DNA of 64,000 nt, from the NCBI GenBank assembly GCA_023383055.1, contig JAHDYP010000002.1, positions 28,791 through 92,790 on the forward strand, in the 5' to 3' direction. A program made the translations under genes and the position numbers. This DNA comes from Verrucomicrobiota bacterium (GTDB lineage Bacteria > Verrucomicrobiota > Verrucomicrobiia > Limisphaerales > JAHDYP01). Position 1 is the stretch's first letter. The number at the start of each line of letters is the position of its first letter. The notes under the pieces are model-generated. The model was not told the origin of the DNA and ran no database searches. It was given only the letters and a program-made list of their open reading frames with translations. Below, piece by piece: positions 38,371-48,791 of this stretch.

Positions 38371-39714
38371 ATGAACCGCCGCCAATTCCTCCGACGAGGC
38401 GCCGCCGGCCTCGCCTGGATCTCCCTCGCCCCGCACCTCAAGCTCTTCGCCGCCGAACGCTCCCGCCGCGTCGGCCTCATCGGCTGCGGCTGGTACGGCA
38501 AGAGCAACCTCTTCCGCCTCCTCCAGGTCGAACCCGCCGAAGTCGTCTCCCTCTGCGACGTCGACCAACGCATGCTCACCGAGGCGGCCGAAATGGTCGC
38601 CGCCCGGCAGCGCTCGAAGAACACCCCGCGCGTCTATCGCGACTACCGCGAGATGCTCCGCGAAAAGGACCTCGACATCGTCCTGGTCGGTACCCCCGAT
38701 CACTGGCACGCCTTGCCCAGCATCGCCGCGATGGAAGCCGGCGCCGATGTCTACGTCGAAAAACCGATCAGCCTCGACGTCGTCGAAGGCCAGGCCATGC
38801 TCGCCACCGCCCGCCGCCTCAACCGCGTCGTTCAGGTCAACACCCAGCGCCGCAGCACCCCTCACCTCATCGACGCCCGCGACAACATCATCCAAGCCGG
38901 CAAACTCGGCCACATCGCCGCCGTCGATATCTACTGCTACTGGCACATGCGCGCCCGCGAGAATCCGCCCGATACCGCCCCCCCCGCTCACCTGGACTAC
39001 GAAATGTGGACCGGTCCCGCCCCCATGCGCCCCTTTAACAAGCTGGTGCACCCTCGCGGTTGGCGCGCCTTCACCGAATACGGCAATGGCATCCTCGGCG
39101 ACATGTGCATCCATATGTTCGACATGGTTCGCTGGATGCTCGACCTCGGCTGGCCCAAACGCATCTCCTCCACCGGCGGCATCCTCGTCGATAAATCCAG
39201 CAAGGCCAACATCCCCGATACGCAGACCGCCACCTTCGACTACGGCGATCTCCAGATCACCTGGAACCACCGCACCTGGGGCAGTTCACCCGACCCCAAA
39301 TACCAATGGGGCGCCACGTTCTACGGCGACAAAGGCACGCTCAAAGCCAGCGTTTTCAGCTACGATTTCCTCCCCCTCGGCGGCGGCGAACCCCTCCAAC
39401 GCGATGTCCTCTACGAACTCGAGGAATACCCCGAAGATAAAACCGAGAAAGACCTCGAAAAACACGTCGCCCCCGCCATGCGCCGCCATTGGCTCAATTT
39501 CTTGAAAGCCGTCGACGACCGCTCCCGCCCCATCGCCGATATCGAACAAGGCCACATCTCCAGCGCCTCGTGTATCCTGGCCAATCTCGCGCTCGGACTC
39601 GGCCGCACCCTGGCCTGGGATCCCCCTACCGGCTCCGTCATCGGCGATCCCGAAGCCAATCGGTTCCTCCGCCGGCCGTACCGCGCCCCATGGACGCACC
39701 CGGAACCGGGATAA
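38371..39714 (+). CDS. Tat-signal Gfo/Idh/MocA family oxidoreductase
   Basis: MNRRQFLRRGAAGLAWISL (twin-arginine leader), VGLIGCGWYG, TPDHWH and VEKPIS. ATG 38371 is preferred over the track start at 38269. Confidence 0.85.
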   Translation: MNRRQFLRRGAAGLAWISLAPHLKLFAAERSRRVGLIGCGWYGKSNLFRLLQVEPAEVVSLCDVDQRMLTEAAEMVAARQRSKNTPRVYRDYREMLREKDLDIVLVGTPDHWHALPSIAAMEAGADVYVEKPISLDVVEGQAMLATARRLNRVVQVNTQRRSTPHLIDARDNIIQAGKLGHIAAVDIYCYWHMRARENPPDTAPPAHLDYEMWTGPAPMRPFNKLVHPRGWRAFTEYGNGILGDMCIHMFDMVRWMLDLGWPKRISSTGGILVDKSSKANIPDTQTATFDYGDLQITWNHRTWGSSPDPKYQWGATFYGDKGTLKASVFSYDFLPLGGGEPLQRDVLYELEEYPEDKTEKDLEKHVAPAMRRHWLNFLKAVDDRSRPIADIEQGHISSASCILANLALGLGRTLAWDPPTGSVIGDPEANRFLRRPYRAPWTHPEPG

Positions 39715-39869
39715 GTCGTTTCGTTCGCCACCCGGCACCGCAGCTCTGATGCGGCGCTTGAACATCGCCTTCCACATCGACGCCCGGAAAACGCTGTGGG
39801 TCGCCAAACTTAATGGGGGGCTGTACAAGTCGTTGCCACCATCGCACCGCTGATGGCCTAGAACGGCAA

Positions 39870-40075
<206 letters not shown>

Positions 40076-40501
40076 GAAGCGAGGGAAATCTGCCCTCCGA
40101 CGACCCGCTCCGCCTTCCTGATGCCGGCCTGGAGCACATGGCTGTGCCTTCGGGCTCCCGATGTGGAGCCAACACCTCGATCACTTTCCGCACGGCTCCT
40201 CGAGGCCGGCGCTGGTGCTGCGTCCGGCGCCACCTTCGGGACGTGGGAGATTGGATATTTGGGATGGGCAATCCTCTCCCAGGCAGAGAAACCCCTGAAT
40301 CCATGGACCATCCCGGTACACCGCCGAACCAGCGGGGCGGGCTCGTGCATCACGGGTCGGCCTTCGTGTTCCGACCTCAATTCATACTCGGCAGAGGACC
40401 GGGGGTAAGAGATCACCCAAAAGACCATTGTTCACACAGATTTGAACTCGCCTTACAGCCTCGGCCTCGTGGCACTGGGCCCTCCAGCACTGCGCCCTGG
40501 C

Positions 40502-41638
40502 TCATAGCCGCCAGTTCAAATCCAGGCGAAATCGGTTTCCGTCCTGGCTCGTGGTGATTGCTTCCACCAGGTAAAGCCGGGCCAGCAGGCTGATCCGGTG
40601 GGACAAGGCATACCCGAGGCGGATTTCATGCCCTTCGATGTCGGTACCGGCGGTCTGGGTGCTCGAGCCGAAACGGACCCAGTCGTCCTGGGCATACGAC
40701 GCGTTCACGGCGAAGGTCTCGATATGCGCGTAAGAGTACCCGATCAGCCAATCGTGACGCTGGCTCAAGCGCCCCCATTGCACGGAAAACACGTACCCCA
40801 GCGTCTCGTCCGTATCCGCGACGGGGAACGGTGCCACATCCGCCGCGTCATAGTCCTCGAAGTTATGGAAGAGATCGGCACCGAACGTAAGCGGCATTTT
40901 CCCGACCGGCAGGGTCCACTGACCGCTTGCCACCCCGATCAGGTAATCCCGCTCGCCATTGCGCGAAAGCAGGTTGTTGGCGCCATCCTCCCCGTGCATA
41001 TAGTGCAACCCGCCCGCGACGGTGAACTGCGATTTCTCGACCGGCCGACTGAACTTGAGCTGGCCGCCAACCATCTGTCCGTTCAAGTCGTAACCGCCAT
41101 CGGGCAGATAGAAGGCCCCGACCGCGCTGGTCAGCTGGCCGCCTCCGAACTCCGCGTCGTAGGTGCCCGCCACTCCGGTCGGCGTCACATCCTCGTCCCA
41201 GAACAACTCGTTCTGCTGCCAGAACGGCGTGACGTTGCGTCCGCCCCACCCGCCAAACCCTGCGTGCTTGAACTGGACAAAGTAGCGGTCCACGACAAAG
41301 TCCAGATCGTCGCGGTCGCCGTCGTCCGTCACAAAGGTCAGATGCGGCGATTGCTGGCTGCGACTGTCGCCCGTCCGGATCCTTGCCCCCGCCGACCACA
41401 TGTTGGAGAAGCGGTAGCCGGCGCCCAAACGCGCCCGCAACCGGCCTCGATGCCGGTCGTCGCGTGCCACGCCCGCGGCGTTTTGTGAATCCCAGTCCAC
41501 TTCGTACCGCAACCGCAGGTCGGCCGAAAACGTGAGGTTGGTGTTGGCATCGATCCACTCCAAGCCGGAGGCCGCGCGCGCGTCGATCATCCCGCCCAAC
41601 CCGATCAACCCGACGCCAAGAAGCACGCAGGTTTTCAT
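40502..41638 (-). CDS. putative outer-membrane porin (beta-barrel, Porin_5-like)
   Basis: 378 aa from ATG 41638. A signal peptide (MKTCVLLGVGLIGLGGMIDARA) is followed by alternating beta-strand pattern and a terminal ..RFRLDLNWRL. The start overlaps the upstream stop (ATGA). Confidence 0.6.
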   Translation of the reverse strand: MKTCVLLGVGLIGLGGMIDARAASGLEWIDANTNLTFSADLRLRYEVDWDSQNAAGVARDDRHRGRLRARLGAGYRFSNMWSAGARIRTGDSRSQQSPHLTFVTDDGDRDDLDFVVDRYFVQFKHAGFGGWGGRNVTPFWQQNELFWDEDVTPTGVAGTYDAEFGGGQLTSAVGAFYLPDGGYDLNGQMVGGQLKFSRPVEKSQFTVAGGLHYMHGEDGANNLLSRNGERDYLIGVASGQWTLPVGKMPLTFGADLFHNFEDYDAADVAPFPVADTDETLGYVFSVQWGRLSQRHDWLIGYSYAHIETFAVNASYAQDDWVRFGSSTQTAGTDIEGHEIRLGYALSHRISLLARLYLVEAITTSQDGNRFRLDLNWRL

Positions 41639-42741
41639 GGCTGCACCGCTGCGACCCGGGTGGACACCGCCTCGACCGCCCCCGTCCCACTCTGACTTGC
41701 GGACGAAGTTCGCTCGCGCTTGAAGTTCAGCACCCGGCTGAAATCCGAATGTGGTTTCCCATCCACCTCCACCCAGCCGCGGATCACCAGGTCCGGTCGC
41801 ACGTTCGAACGCGGTTCCAAATCGAAATCCCGCCCTTCGGCCCATTCCAGCCGCGTGTCATCCAGCCCGCCAAACCATTCCGCGGCGCGATCCCCAGCCG
41901 TGTCACCCGAGGAAACGTCCAGCGGCACCCAACCCAACCCCGGCGCGTAAAACTTGGGCCAGCAACGGTAGCCCGGATCATAATCCTCGCCTTCGTAGTT
42001 GAGGTTGAGCCGGCTCCCGTAAATCAACCGGCAGGGGATCCCCCGCGCGCGACAGAGCGCGATGAAGAGCGCATGCTGATCGGTGCAGCAATCGCCCGTC
42101 CCCGCCAGGCATTCCATCGCGCTGCCCCAGCATTTGCCTTGCGGCGCCGTTCCCCACTTCGAGTAGTGGTCGCTCTTCGCGATCACGTAATCGAAAAACT
42201 TACGCGCCTGAATCACGGGGTTCTGCTCGGTCCCGGCCAGGTCGTCGGCAATCTTTCGTATCTCGGGGGTGACTTCCATGTGCTTCTCATCCAGCCGCAA
42301 TTCGGCGGCAAACGCCCGATGGTCTTGCTCCGTCAGTACCCCGGCCCGTGCCGCGTCCGCCAAACCGCTCAACTTCTCACGCACGACCTTGAACTCCGTC
42401 ACGATCCGCAACGGCCGGCCCGTCTCTGCCCCGCCTTCCGCATACAACCACGACCGACCATACCTCGGATCGCGCGTGATGCGCAGCGAATCGGGAGCTT
42501 CCACCACCCGGAATTCCAGCACGCGCTGCTCGGGTCGATCCTCCGGCATCCAAAACCAACCGCGCACCTCCCGGGCGCCCGCGGGCAGGTTCTTCACCTC
42601 GAAACTCTGACGCACGGTATAGAGGGTATCGCCAAGAGCCGGGCCGCACGCCAGGAACCCAAACAACAGCGCCCCGGCAGCGGTCCGTCGGCCAAAGCGA
42701 ACCCGGCGGCTTCCCTGTACATTTGTGGAGTTAATATTCAT
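41635..42741 (-). CDS. transglutaminase-like cysteine-protease-fold protein, secreted
   Basis: 368 aa from ATG 42741. A signal sequence is followed by the core GDCCTDQHALFIALCRARGIPCRLIYG, the Cys nucleophile context of transglutaminase-like domains. Confidence 0.7.
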   Translation of the reverse strand: MNINSTNVQGSRRVRFGRRTAAGALLFGFLACGPALGDTLYTVRQSFEVKNLPAGAREVRGWFWMPEDRPEQRVLEFRVVEAPDSLRITRDPRYGRSWLYAEGGAETGRPLRIVTEFKVVREKLSGLADAARAGVLTEQDHRAFAAELRLDEKHMEVTPEIRKIADDLAGTEQNPVIQARKFFDYVIAKSDHYSKWGTAPQGKCWGSAMECLAGTGDCCTDQHALFIALCRARGIPCRLIYGSRLNLNYEGEDYDPGYRCWPKFYAPGLGWVPLDVSSGDTAGDRAAEWFGGLDDTRLEWAEGRDFDLEPRSNVRPDLVIRGWVEVDGKPHSDFSRVLNFKRERTSSASQSGTGAVEAVSTRVAAVQP

Positions 42742-42870
42742 AAGTGTGACACCTTTTGCCAGGCGACGATCCCACCCGCAATGGTCCCGGGACATAATGG
42801 CCTTTCCCCGGGGTTAACACCCCCTTTTCAGCTCCTTTTTGAGGCCGGCGCTTCGCTCGGGGGTCTCAGG

Positions 42871-43323
42871 CTAAAGCCTGAATTCCGCCTGCAACCGGCG
42901 ATACAGGGCTCGTCGGAACGGGCTGGTTTCCGCAATCAGCCGAGACATCGGCATCCAGCGCCAGGCCCGGAATTCACCCTCCCGGGGAAGCGTTAACTCG
43001 CTCTCCTCACCGCGGAGTTTAAGCAAGTACCAGTACTGCACCTGCCCCAAGCCGGTCTTTGCGGTCTGCCATTCCGCTGGCAGCTCGTAAACCAAGGGTT
43101 CCGGATAGCGATCCACCAACTCGAGTTGATCGCGCAACAAGCCGGTCTCCTCCTCGACTTCACGGAACGCCCCCGCCTCCGCGGTTTCATCCGCCTCCCA
43201 TCCGCCTTGAGGCAATTGCCAGGCGCCCGGGATTTGCTCCCGCTCCAGGGCCAGGACCCGTCCGCTCCGGTTCACGATCACCGCGCCCACACCCGCCCGA
43301 AAATAACGCGCTGGAAAGCTCAT
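42871..43323 (-). CDS. Nudix hydrolase, RppH-like
   Basis: 150 aa from ATG 43323. RAGVGAVIVN..WQLPQGGWEADETAEAGAFREVEEETG is the Nudix box. Confidence 0.8.
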   Translation of the reverse strand: MSFPARYFRAGVGAVIVNRSGRVLALEREQIPGAWQLPQGGWEADETAEAGAFREVEEETGLLRDQLELVDRYPEPLVYELPAEWQTAKTGLGQVQYWYLLKLRGEESELTLPREGEFRAWRWMPMSRLIAETSPFRRALYRRLQAEFRL

Positions 43324-43361
43324 GACCGGTCCATGCCACTCGGTGGGTCGGTAATCGCCAC

Positions 43362-45509
43362 CTACGGCTTCGCCCCTTCCAGGGCTTCCAGCACGATCCC
43401 CGGCGTGAGCAGTTCGGGCAATACCCGCGGTGGCACGTCGGGGTCCGCCGGATACACCAGGACCAGCGGGACACCCGCCCGGCCCCAACGCTTCAGCTCG
43501 GCCGTGATCCGCGGATCCTTCAGGGTGTAATCCCCCAGCAACGCCACCGCATTCAATTCCTTGAGCCGGTTGACCACCGATTCAATCTCGAGACTCGTCT
43601 TCTTGTTCAATTGGCAGGTGACACACCAATCGGCCGTAAAATCGACCAACACGGGGCGACCCGCCTCACGCGCCCGCTCGACGGCCTCCGCGGTCCAGCG
43701 CTCCCATGGAATCCCTCCCGGGTTTTGAAGCGCGGTGGGATTGTCGGCGCCCCCGGCTGGCGACCGCCAGTTGAGCTGTCGTTCCAGGGCAAAGCCGTAA
43801 CCGACCATCAGCAAGCCGAGGCTCACCGCCATGCTCAATCGCTTGCGCCCGGAATTGCCCTGGACAAACTGACCCCAAACCCAAACCGCCAGCGCCAGGA
43901 ACACCAGGTAAACCCCGATCCACAGCACTCCGGCATTGCCGTAATGCCGACCCAACAGACTCAGCAGCCAGAACGCCGTCGCCGCCATGGGAAAGCCCAT
44001 CGCCACCTTGAACCGCTCCATCCATGCGCCCGGCCTGGGCAGATACCGCGCCAACCCCGGGGCGAAACTGATCACAACATACGGCAGCGCCAGCCCCATA
44101 CCCACCACCAGAAACATCAACACCACCACCAGGGGCGGTTGCACAAAGGCGAACCCGAGCGCCAACCCCAGAAACGGCGCCGTGCAGGGTGTCGCCAGTG
44201 CCGTCGCCAATACCCCGTTGAAAAACGAGCCCGCCGCCCCGCTCTTCGATGCCAACTGCGCGGCCGCACCCATGGTTCGCCCGCCGAGCGTCACCTCGAA
44301 CACGCCAAAAAGATTCAGCGCCACCAGCGTCACCAACGTCGTCATCGCCACCAGAAACACCGGGTTCTGAAACTGCATCCCCCAACTCGCGGCCTCGCCT
44401 CCGGCCTGGACCAACAACACCATGCCCGCCAGCACCAGGAACGATACCAGGACGCCCGCGCCATAAATCAAGCCGTGCCGGCGCACTTCACCGGGCGATT
44501 GCCTCGATTGTTCAAGAAAACCCAGCACTTTCAACGCGATGACCGGCAGCACGCACGGCATCACGTTCAGGATCAAACCGCCCACCAGCGCAAACCAGAG
44601 CATCAACCAGAGCGACGGCGCCGACGATCTCTCCGTCAACCCCGACGCCACCCCTGGCGGCGGCGCGTAAGCCGTGGCCGTCCCACCGGGCTGCAAGATC
44701 ACCTGATACGCGATCGGTTCGGGTTTCAATCGTTCCACCACCAATCCCGCTATCTCCTTGGGCCAGTCGTTGCCCGAACGGACCACCCTGAGTTCCATCC
44801 GCGCGCGGCCTGGTTCCGCCGACAGCACTTTCACCTCGGGCGACACCCGGTAACCCTTGGCCGGCAACGCGAAGAAATTCGGCGAAATACCTTCACCACC
44901 GGGCATCCATTCCAACACCAAGGACCGCTCCTCCCCGGTTTCCGGGCCCGCCCAGGCGGCGGTCAATCCCTCCGGCATCGCGGCCCGCGGCAACCACCGG
45001 CGCGCCGCTTCAAACCGTTTCGCCTCCGACGACGCCACGGTCTCCGTGCCCACTTCGAGCGTCACCGACACTTCGGCGTCGCCGGGCAGGCACAACTGTT
45101 CGCATTCGAGCCAGGATACGGACGCCTTCAACTCGTATCGACCCGCCCCAACCCGCTCGCTCACCTGCAACGGGGCCATGAGCAGGATCTCGTCGTGATG
45201 CACGTACGTCGTGATCCCGGCCACCGCGTAAATCTCCGGCACCGGCCACTGCAACGCGCCAACCGACATCCCGTCGGGCAGGGCCCATTTCACCTCGGTG
45301 GCTCCCCCGGAATCCCCCGGGTTTAGCCAGTAAGTGTGCCATCCGTTGTCCATGCGCAACCGGACGCCCACCTCCGTGGTCTCCCCCGGCCGCACGCTGC
45401 GGTCCGCCACCAGCAGGCTGGCCTGCGTGTGCGCCGCCGCCACCGCCATCGGGACCCACGCCATGCAAGCCAGATATGCCAACCCTCGAATCGCCATCAT
45501 GGGCCCCAT
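43362..45509 (-). CDS. dsbD: thiol:disulfide interchange protein DsbD family
   Basis: 715 aa. An N-terminal DsbD-alpha-like domain (GWHTYW), a multi-TM core with a Cys in each half (MPCVLPV.., ATPCTAPF), and a C-terminal thioredoxin domain (VDFTADWCVTCQ). Confidence 0.85.
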   Translation of the reverse strand: MGPMMAIRGLAYLACMAWVPMAVAAAHTQASLLVADRSVRPGETTEVGVRLRMDNGWHTYWLNPGDSGGATEVKWALPDGMSVGALQWPVPEIYAVAGITTYVHHDEILLMAPLQVSERVGAGRYELKASVSWLECEQLCLPGDAEVSVTLEVGTETVASSEAKRFEAARRWLPRAAMPEGLTAAWAGPETGEERSLVLEWMPGGEGISPNFFALPAKGYRVSPEVKVLSAEPGRARMELRVVRSGNDWPKEIAGLVVERLKPEPIAYQVILQPGGTATAYAPPPGVASGLTERSSAPSLWLMLWFALVGGLILNVMPCVLPVIALKVLGFLEQSRQSPGEVRRHGLIYGAGVLVSFLVLAGMVLLVQAGGEAASWGMQFQNPVFLVAMTTLVTLVALNLFGVFEVTLGGRTMGAAAQLASKSGAAGSFFNGVLATALATPCTAPFLGLALGFAFVQPPLVVVLMFLVVGMGLALPYVVISFAPGLARYLPRPGAWMERFKVAMGFPMAATAFWLLSLLGRHYGNAGVLWIGVYLVFLALAVWVWGQFVQGNSGRKRLSMAVSLGLLMVGYGFALERQLNWRSPAGGADNPTALQNPGGIPWERWTAEAVERAREAGRPVLVDFTADWCVTCQLNKKTSLEIESVVNRLKELNAVALLGDYTLKDPRITAELKRWGRAGVPLVLVYPADPDVPPRVLPELLTPGIVLEALEGAKP

Positions 45510-45516
45510 AAATGCC

Positions 45517-48500
45517 TCAAGATCCCGCTCGACGCAATGGCGGACGATCGCGATGGGGCAGCGCCGCTCGCAGGAATCGTCGAACCTTCACGAACTCCCG
45601 AACCAACCGCCCATAGAGCTGCCCTGCTGGCTCGAGATCTTTAGCGTGACCGAGGGTCTCGATCTCCTGGGCCAGGGCGAACAACCCGGGCGACTTCAGG
45701 TTGAGCGCGGCGCTCTTGATGCCATGGGCCAGCCGATTCACGGCGACCGCATCCGAATCCCGCAGCGCCTTTCGGAGCCCCTTCAACCGTTGGAGAGTCT
45801 CGACGATGAACGCCCGCACCAGATCCTCCAGCAGACCGGCGTCGCCCTCCACCAGTTCAGTCAGCGCCGCCAGGTCGGGAAGCGCCGCGGCCGCTCCCGC
45901 GACGGAAGCGGAAACCGCGGCCGATGCTGGCTCAGCCTGGGCAAGGTTGACATCCCCTCGCGTCCAGCGCGCGATCAAGGCGAGCAGGCTGTCACGGACG
46001 ATCGGCTTCGTGGCGTAATCGTCCATGCCAGCCTCCAAGCACAGCTCGCGGTCGCCTTTCATGGCCGACGCCGTGAGCGCGACAACGACGGTGTGTTTTC
46101 GGCCGGATTCACGGCGCCGGAGCTCACGAGTGGCGGCATAACCGTCCAACTCCGGCATCTGGCAGTCCATGAGGATCAGATCGTACTCATGCTGTTCGCA
46201 CGCCGAGAGCGCGTCCTTTCCGTTGGACACTTCGTCGCACTCGTAACCCGCGCGCTCCAGCACCCGCCGGATCAACTTCCGGTTGGCGTCGCTGTCTTCC
46301 GCAATGAGCAGCCGGGCCGGTTTCCGCCCGGATCGGTCCAACAGGGCTTCGGTCACCAGGGTGCGTGGCCGCCGCGTGGCGGGTGCCTGGCTGCCGCCGA
46401 GCACCATGCGCAGGCAGTCAAACAGCGCCGACGCCTTGATCGGTTTCACCAGGTATCCCCCAAAACCGATCTCCAACAATTCGCTACTTGAGCTGCGATG
46501 CGACACGGAGGTCAGCAGAATCAGTTGGGTCGCCTCGAGATCCCGGTCCCGGCGGATGCCGCGCCCCAGTTGCTCACCATCCATCCCTGGCATCTGGAGA
46601 TCGATCAAGGCCACGCGAAACGGTTGACCTCGGGCGACGGCGGCTCGGAGTGCCGGCACCGCCGCCTCGGGTGCGGCGATCTCCTCGACCTGACATCCCC
46701 AGTGCATCAGATAGGTGCGCACGATCCAACGGTTCGTGGCGTTGTCGTCCACCACCAGCACCCGCAGACCTCGAAGCTCGACGGGACTGAGCCATTCTCC
46801 AATCTCCGGTGAGGGCTCGACCCGACGCAGCATTGCCCGGAACCGCGCGGCGGTCCCCGACCCCGGCCGGCTCTCCAGGGTGAGTTCGCCGCCCATCAGT
46901 GAAACCAACCGCTGGCAGATGGCCAACCCCAACCCCGTGCCGCCGTGCCGCCGGGTGGTCGAAGTGTCCGCCTGCACAAAGACCTGGAAGAGCCGGTCGA
47001 GATGCTCCTCGGCAATTCCGCTCCCGGTATCCCGCACCTCGAAGCCGAGGGCAACCTCGTCGCCCTCACCGACGGCGGGCTCGGCCGCCACGGACACCAC
47101 CACCTCTCCCCGATCTGTGAACTTCACGGCGTTGCTGATCAGGTTGAGCAGCACCTGGCGGAGACGCCCGGGATCACCCTGGACCGTGGCCGGCAGGTCC
47201 GGAGCCAGGAGCAAGGCCAGTTCGAGACCTTTCTCCGCCGACCTGGCGGCAAAGACATCCACGGCATTCTCCACGCAACGGCGCAAATCGAACGGGATCG
47301 ATTCCAGCGCCATCTTGCCCGCCTCGATCTTCGAGAAATCCAGGATGTCGTTCAGAATCCCCAGGAGCGTTTCGGCGGACTGATGGATCGTCTCGGCGCA
47401 GTCCCGCTGTTCGTCCGTGAGCGGAGTGTCCAGCAGCAGATCGCTCATCCCGATGACCGCGCTCATCGGCGTGCGAATCTCGTGGCTCATGTTGGCGAGA
47501 AACTGGCCTTTGGCCTGGTTCGCCGCCTCAGCCTCGGCCTTGGCCTTCTGCAGTTCGAGCGTCATGCGCCGCAATTCGTCTTCGGCCAGCTTGCGTTCGG
47601 TGATGTCATGGCTCATCCCCACCAGGCCGACGATCTCGTCGTGGCTGTCCCGGAACGGCACCTTGTCGGTGATCAGCCAGCGTTCCCGGCCTTCGGGATC
47701 CACGGTACTTTCCTCGGCGTTGATCAAGGGCGTTCCGGATCGCAGAACCGCCTGCTCGTCGGCAAAGTACTTCGCCGCGATCGCCTTCGGGAAGATCTCC
47801 GCGTCCGTCTTTCCGCTTACCTCCTCCTGGGTCCGCGCGCCCAGCACCTTCAGGTGCGCCAGGTTGTTGACCAGGAACCGGCTCTCGCGGTCTTTGACAA
47901 AGATATAAATCGGCAGGTTATCGATCACCGCGCGCAGCAGGTTGCGCTCGTTCTCGAGCGCCGCCTCGGCCTGACGTGTTTCCTGGAACTGTCGTTCGAG
48001 ACGCGCGTTGGTTTCCTCGAGCCGTTCGGTGCGTTCCCGAACCAGTTCTTCGAGGTGCTCTCGATACCGCCGCAGATCCTCCTCGTTGCGCAGGAGTTGT
48101 TCGTGGCTCTCAACCAGGTCCACCTGCCACCGGTGCAGGACCCGGAGCAACCCGATCCACGTCCCCACCAGCGCCAGCAAGACCAGCGACATCAACCCCA
48201 GCCGCAGCACCGCCGAACGCCGGACGGATCGCGCCACCGCCGCCGTCGCCGTCTCGAGCGCGGCCCCAAACTCCGCCACCCCGCGCGCATACCGCTCCTT
48301 CTCCCGCTCGTACTCGGGGCTGAGCAGCACGGCTTGCGCGCGCTCGAGTTCCCGCTGCCGGACCAGGTCAAACGCCTGTTTCTCCAGGTTGACCAACCGC
48401 TGGTTCGCTTCGTAGGTCAACTCGGTCATGCCCGGGCTGCCGATCCCAGCCGCCAATTCCCTGGCCTCGGCGATGGCCGCGTCCAACTCCGGTTCGAACG

Positions 48501-48756
48501 AAAGATAGCGCTCTTCCCACTGGCGCTCCCCGGTCGCGACGGCCATGCGCGCTGACATCGTGAGCAATTCGTCCAAATGCACGATGATCCCGCGCAGTCG
48601 CTCGATCTTCAGTGCCCGTTGTTCCGCGGCCGCCATGGTCTGGCTGGAATGATGCACACTCCAACCCAGCCACACGATGACCGCGACGGTTACCCCCACG
48701 AGGAGCGCCAGAAACCGGCTCGGCGAACGCGTCTCGAATCGATTCGGATGGCTCAT
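45517..48756 (-). CDS. hybrid sensor histidine kinase / response regulator (periplasmic sensor, PAS, HisKA, HATPase_c, 2x REC, HPt)
   Basis: 1079 aa. H-box [14 protein letters not shown] boxes, two receiver domains ([19 protein letters not shown] and [19 protein letters not shown]) and a C-terminal HPt ([12 protein letters not shown]). Confidence 0.9.
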   Translation of the reverse strand: MSHPNRFETRSPSRFLALLVGVTVAVIVWLGWSVHHSSQTMAAAEQRALKIERLRGIIVHLDELLTMSARMAVATGERQWEERYLSFEPELDAAIAEARELAAGIGSPGMTELTYEANQRLVNLEKQAFDLVRQRELERAQAVLLSPEYEREKERYARGVAEFGAALETATAAVARSVRRSAVLRLGLMSLVLLALVGTWIGLLRVLHRWQVDLVESHEQLLRNEEDLRRYREHLEELVRERTERLEETNARLERQFQETRQAEAALENERNLLRAVIDNLPIYIFVKDRESRFLVNNLAHLKVLGARTQEEVSGKTDAEIFPKAIAAKYFADEQAVLRSGTPLINAEESTVDPEGRERWLITDKVPFRDSHDEIVGLVGMSHDITERKLAEDELRRMTLELQKAKAEAEAANQAKGQFLANMSHEIRTPMSAVIGMSDLLLDTPLTDEQRDCAETIHQSAETLLGILNDILDFSKIEAGKMALESIPFDLRRCVENAVDVFAARSAEKGLELALLLAPDLPATVQGDPGRLRQVLLNLISNAVKFTDRGEVVVSVAAEPAVGEGDEVALGFEVRDTGSGIAEEHLDRLFQVFVQADTSTTRRHGGTGLGLAICQRLVSLMGGELTLESRPGSGTAARFRAMLRRVEPSPEIGEWLSPVELRGLRVLVVDDNATNRWIVRTYLMHWGCQVEEIAAPEAAVPALRAAVARGQPFRVALIDLQMPGMDGEQLGRGIRRDRDLEATQLILLTSVSHRSSSSELLEIGFGGYLVKPIKASALFDCLRMVLGGSQAPATRRPRTLVTEALLDRSGRKPARLLIAEDSDANRKLIRRVLERAGYECDEVSNGKDALSACEQHEYDLILMDCQMPELDGYAATRELRRRESGRKHTVVVALTASAMKGDRELCLEAGMDDYATKPIVRDSLLALIARWTRGDVNLAQAEPASAAVSASVAGAAAALPDLAALTELVEGDAGLLEDLVRAFIVETLQRLKGLRKALRDSDAVAVNRLAHGIKSAALNLKSPGLFALAQEIETLGHAKDLEPAGQLYGRLVREFVKVRRFLRAALPHRDRPPLRRAGS

Positions 48757-48791
48757 GATCGCGCTCCTCTACGAAGCGGAACAGGCCGACT

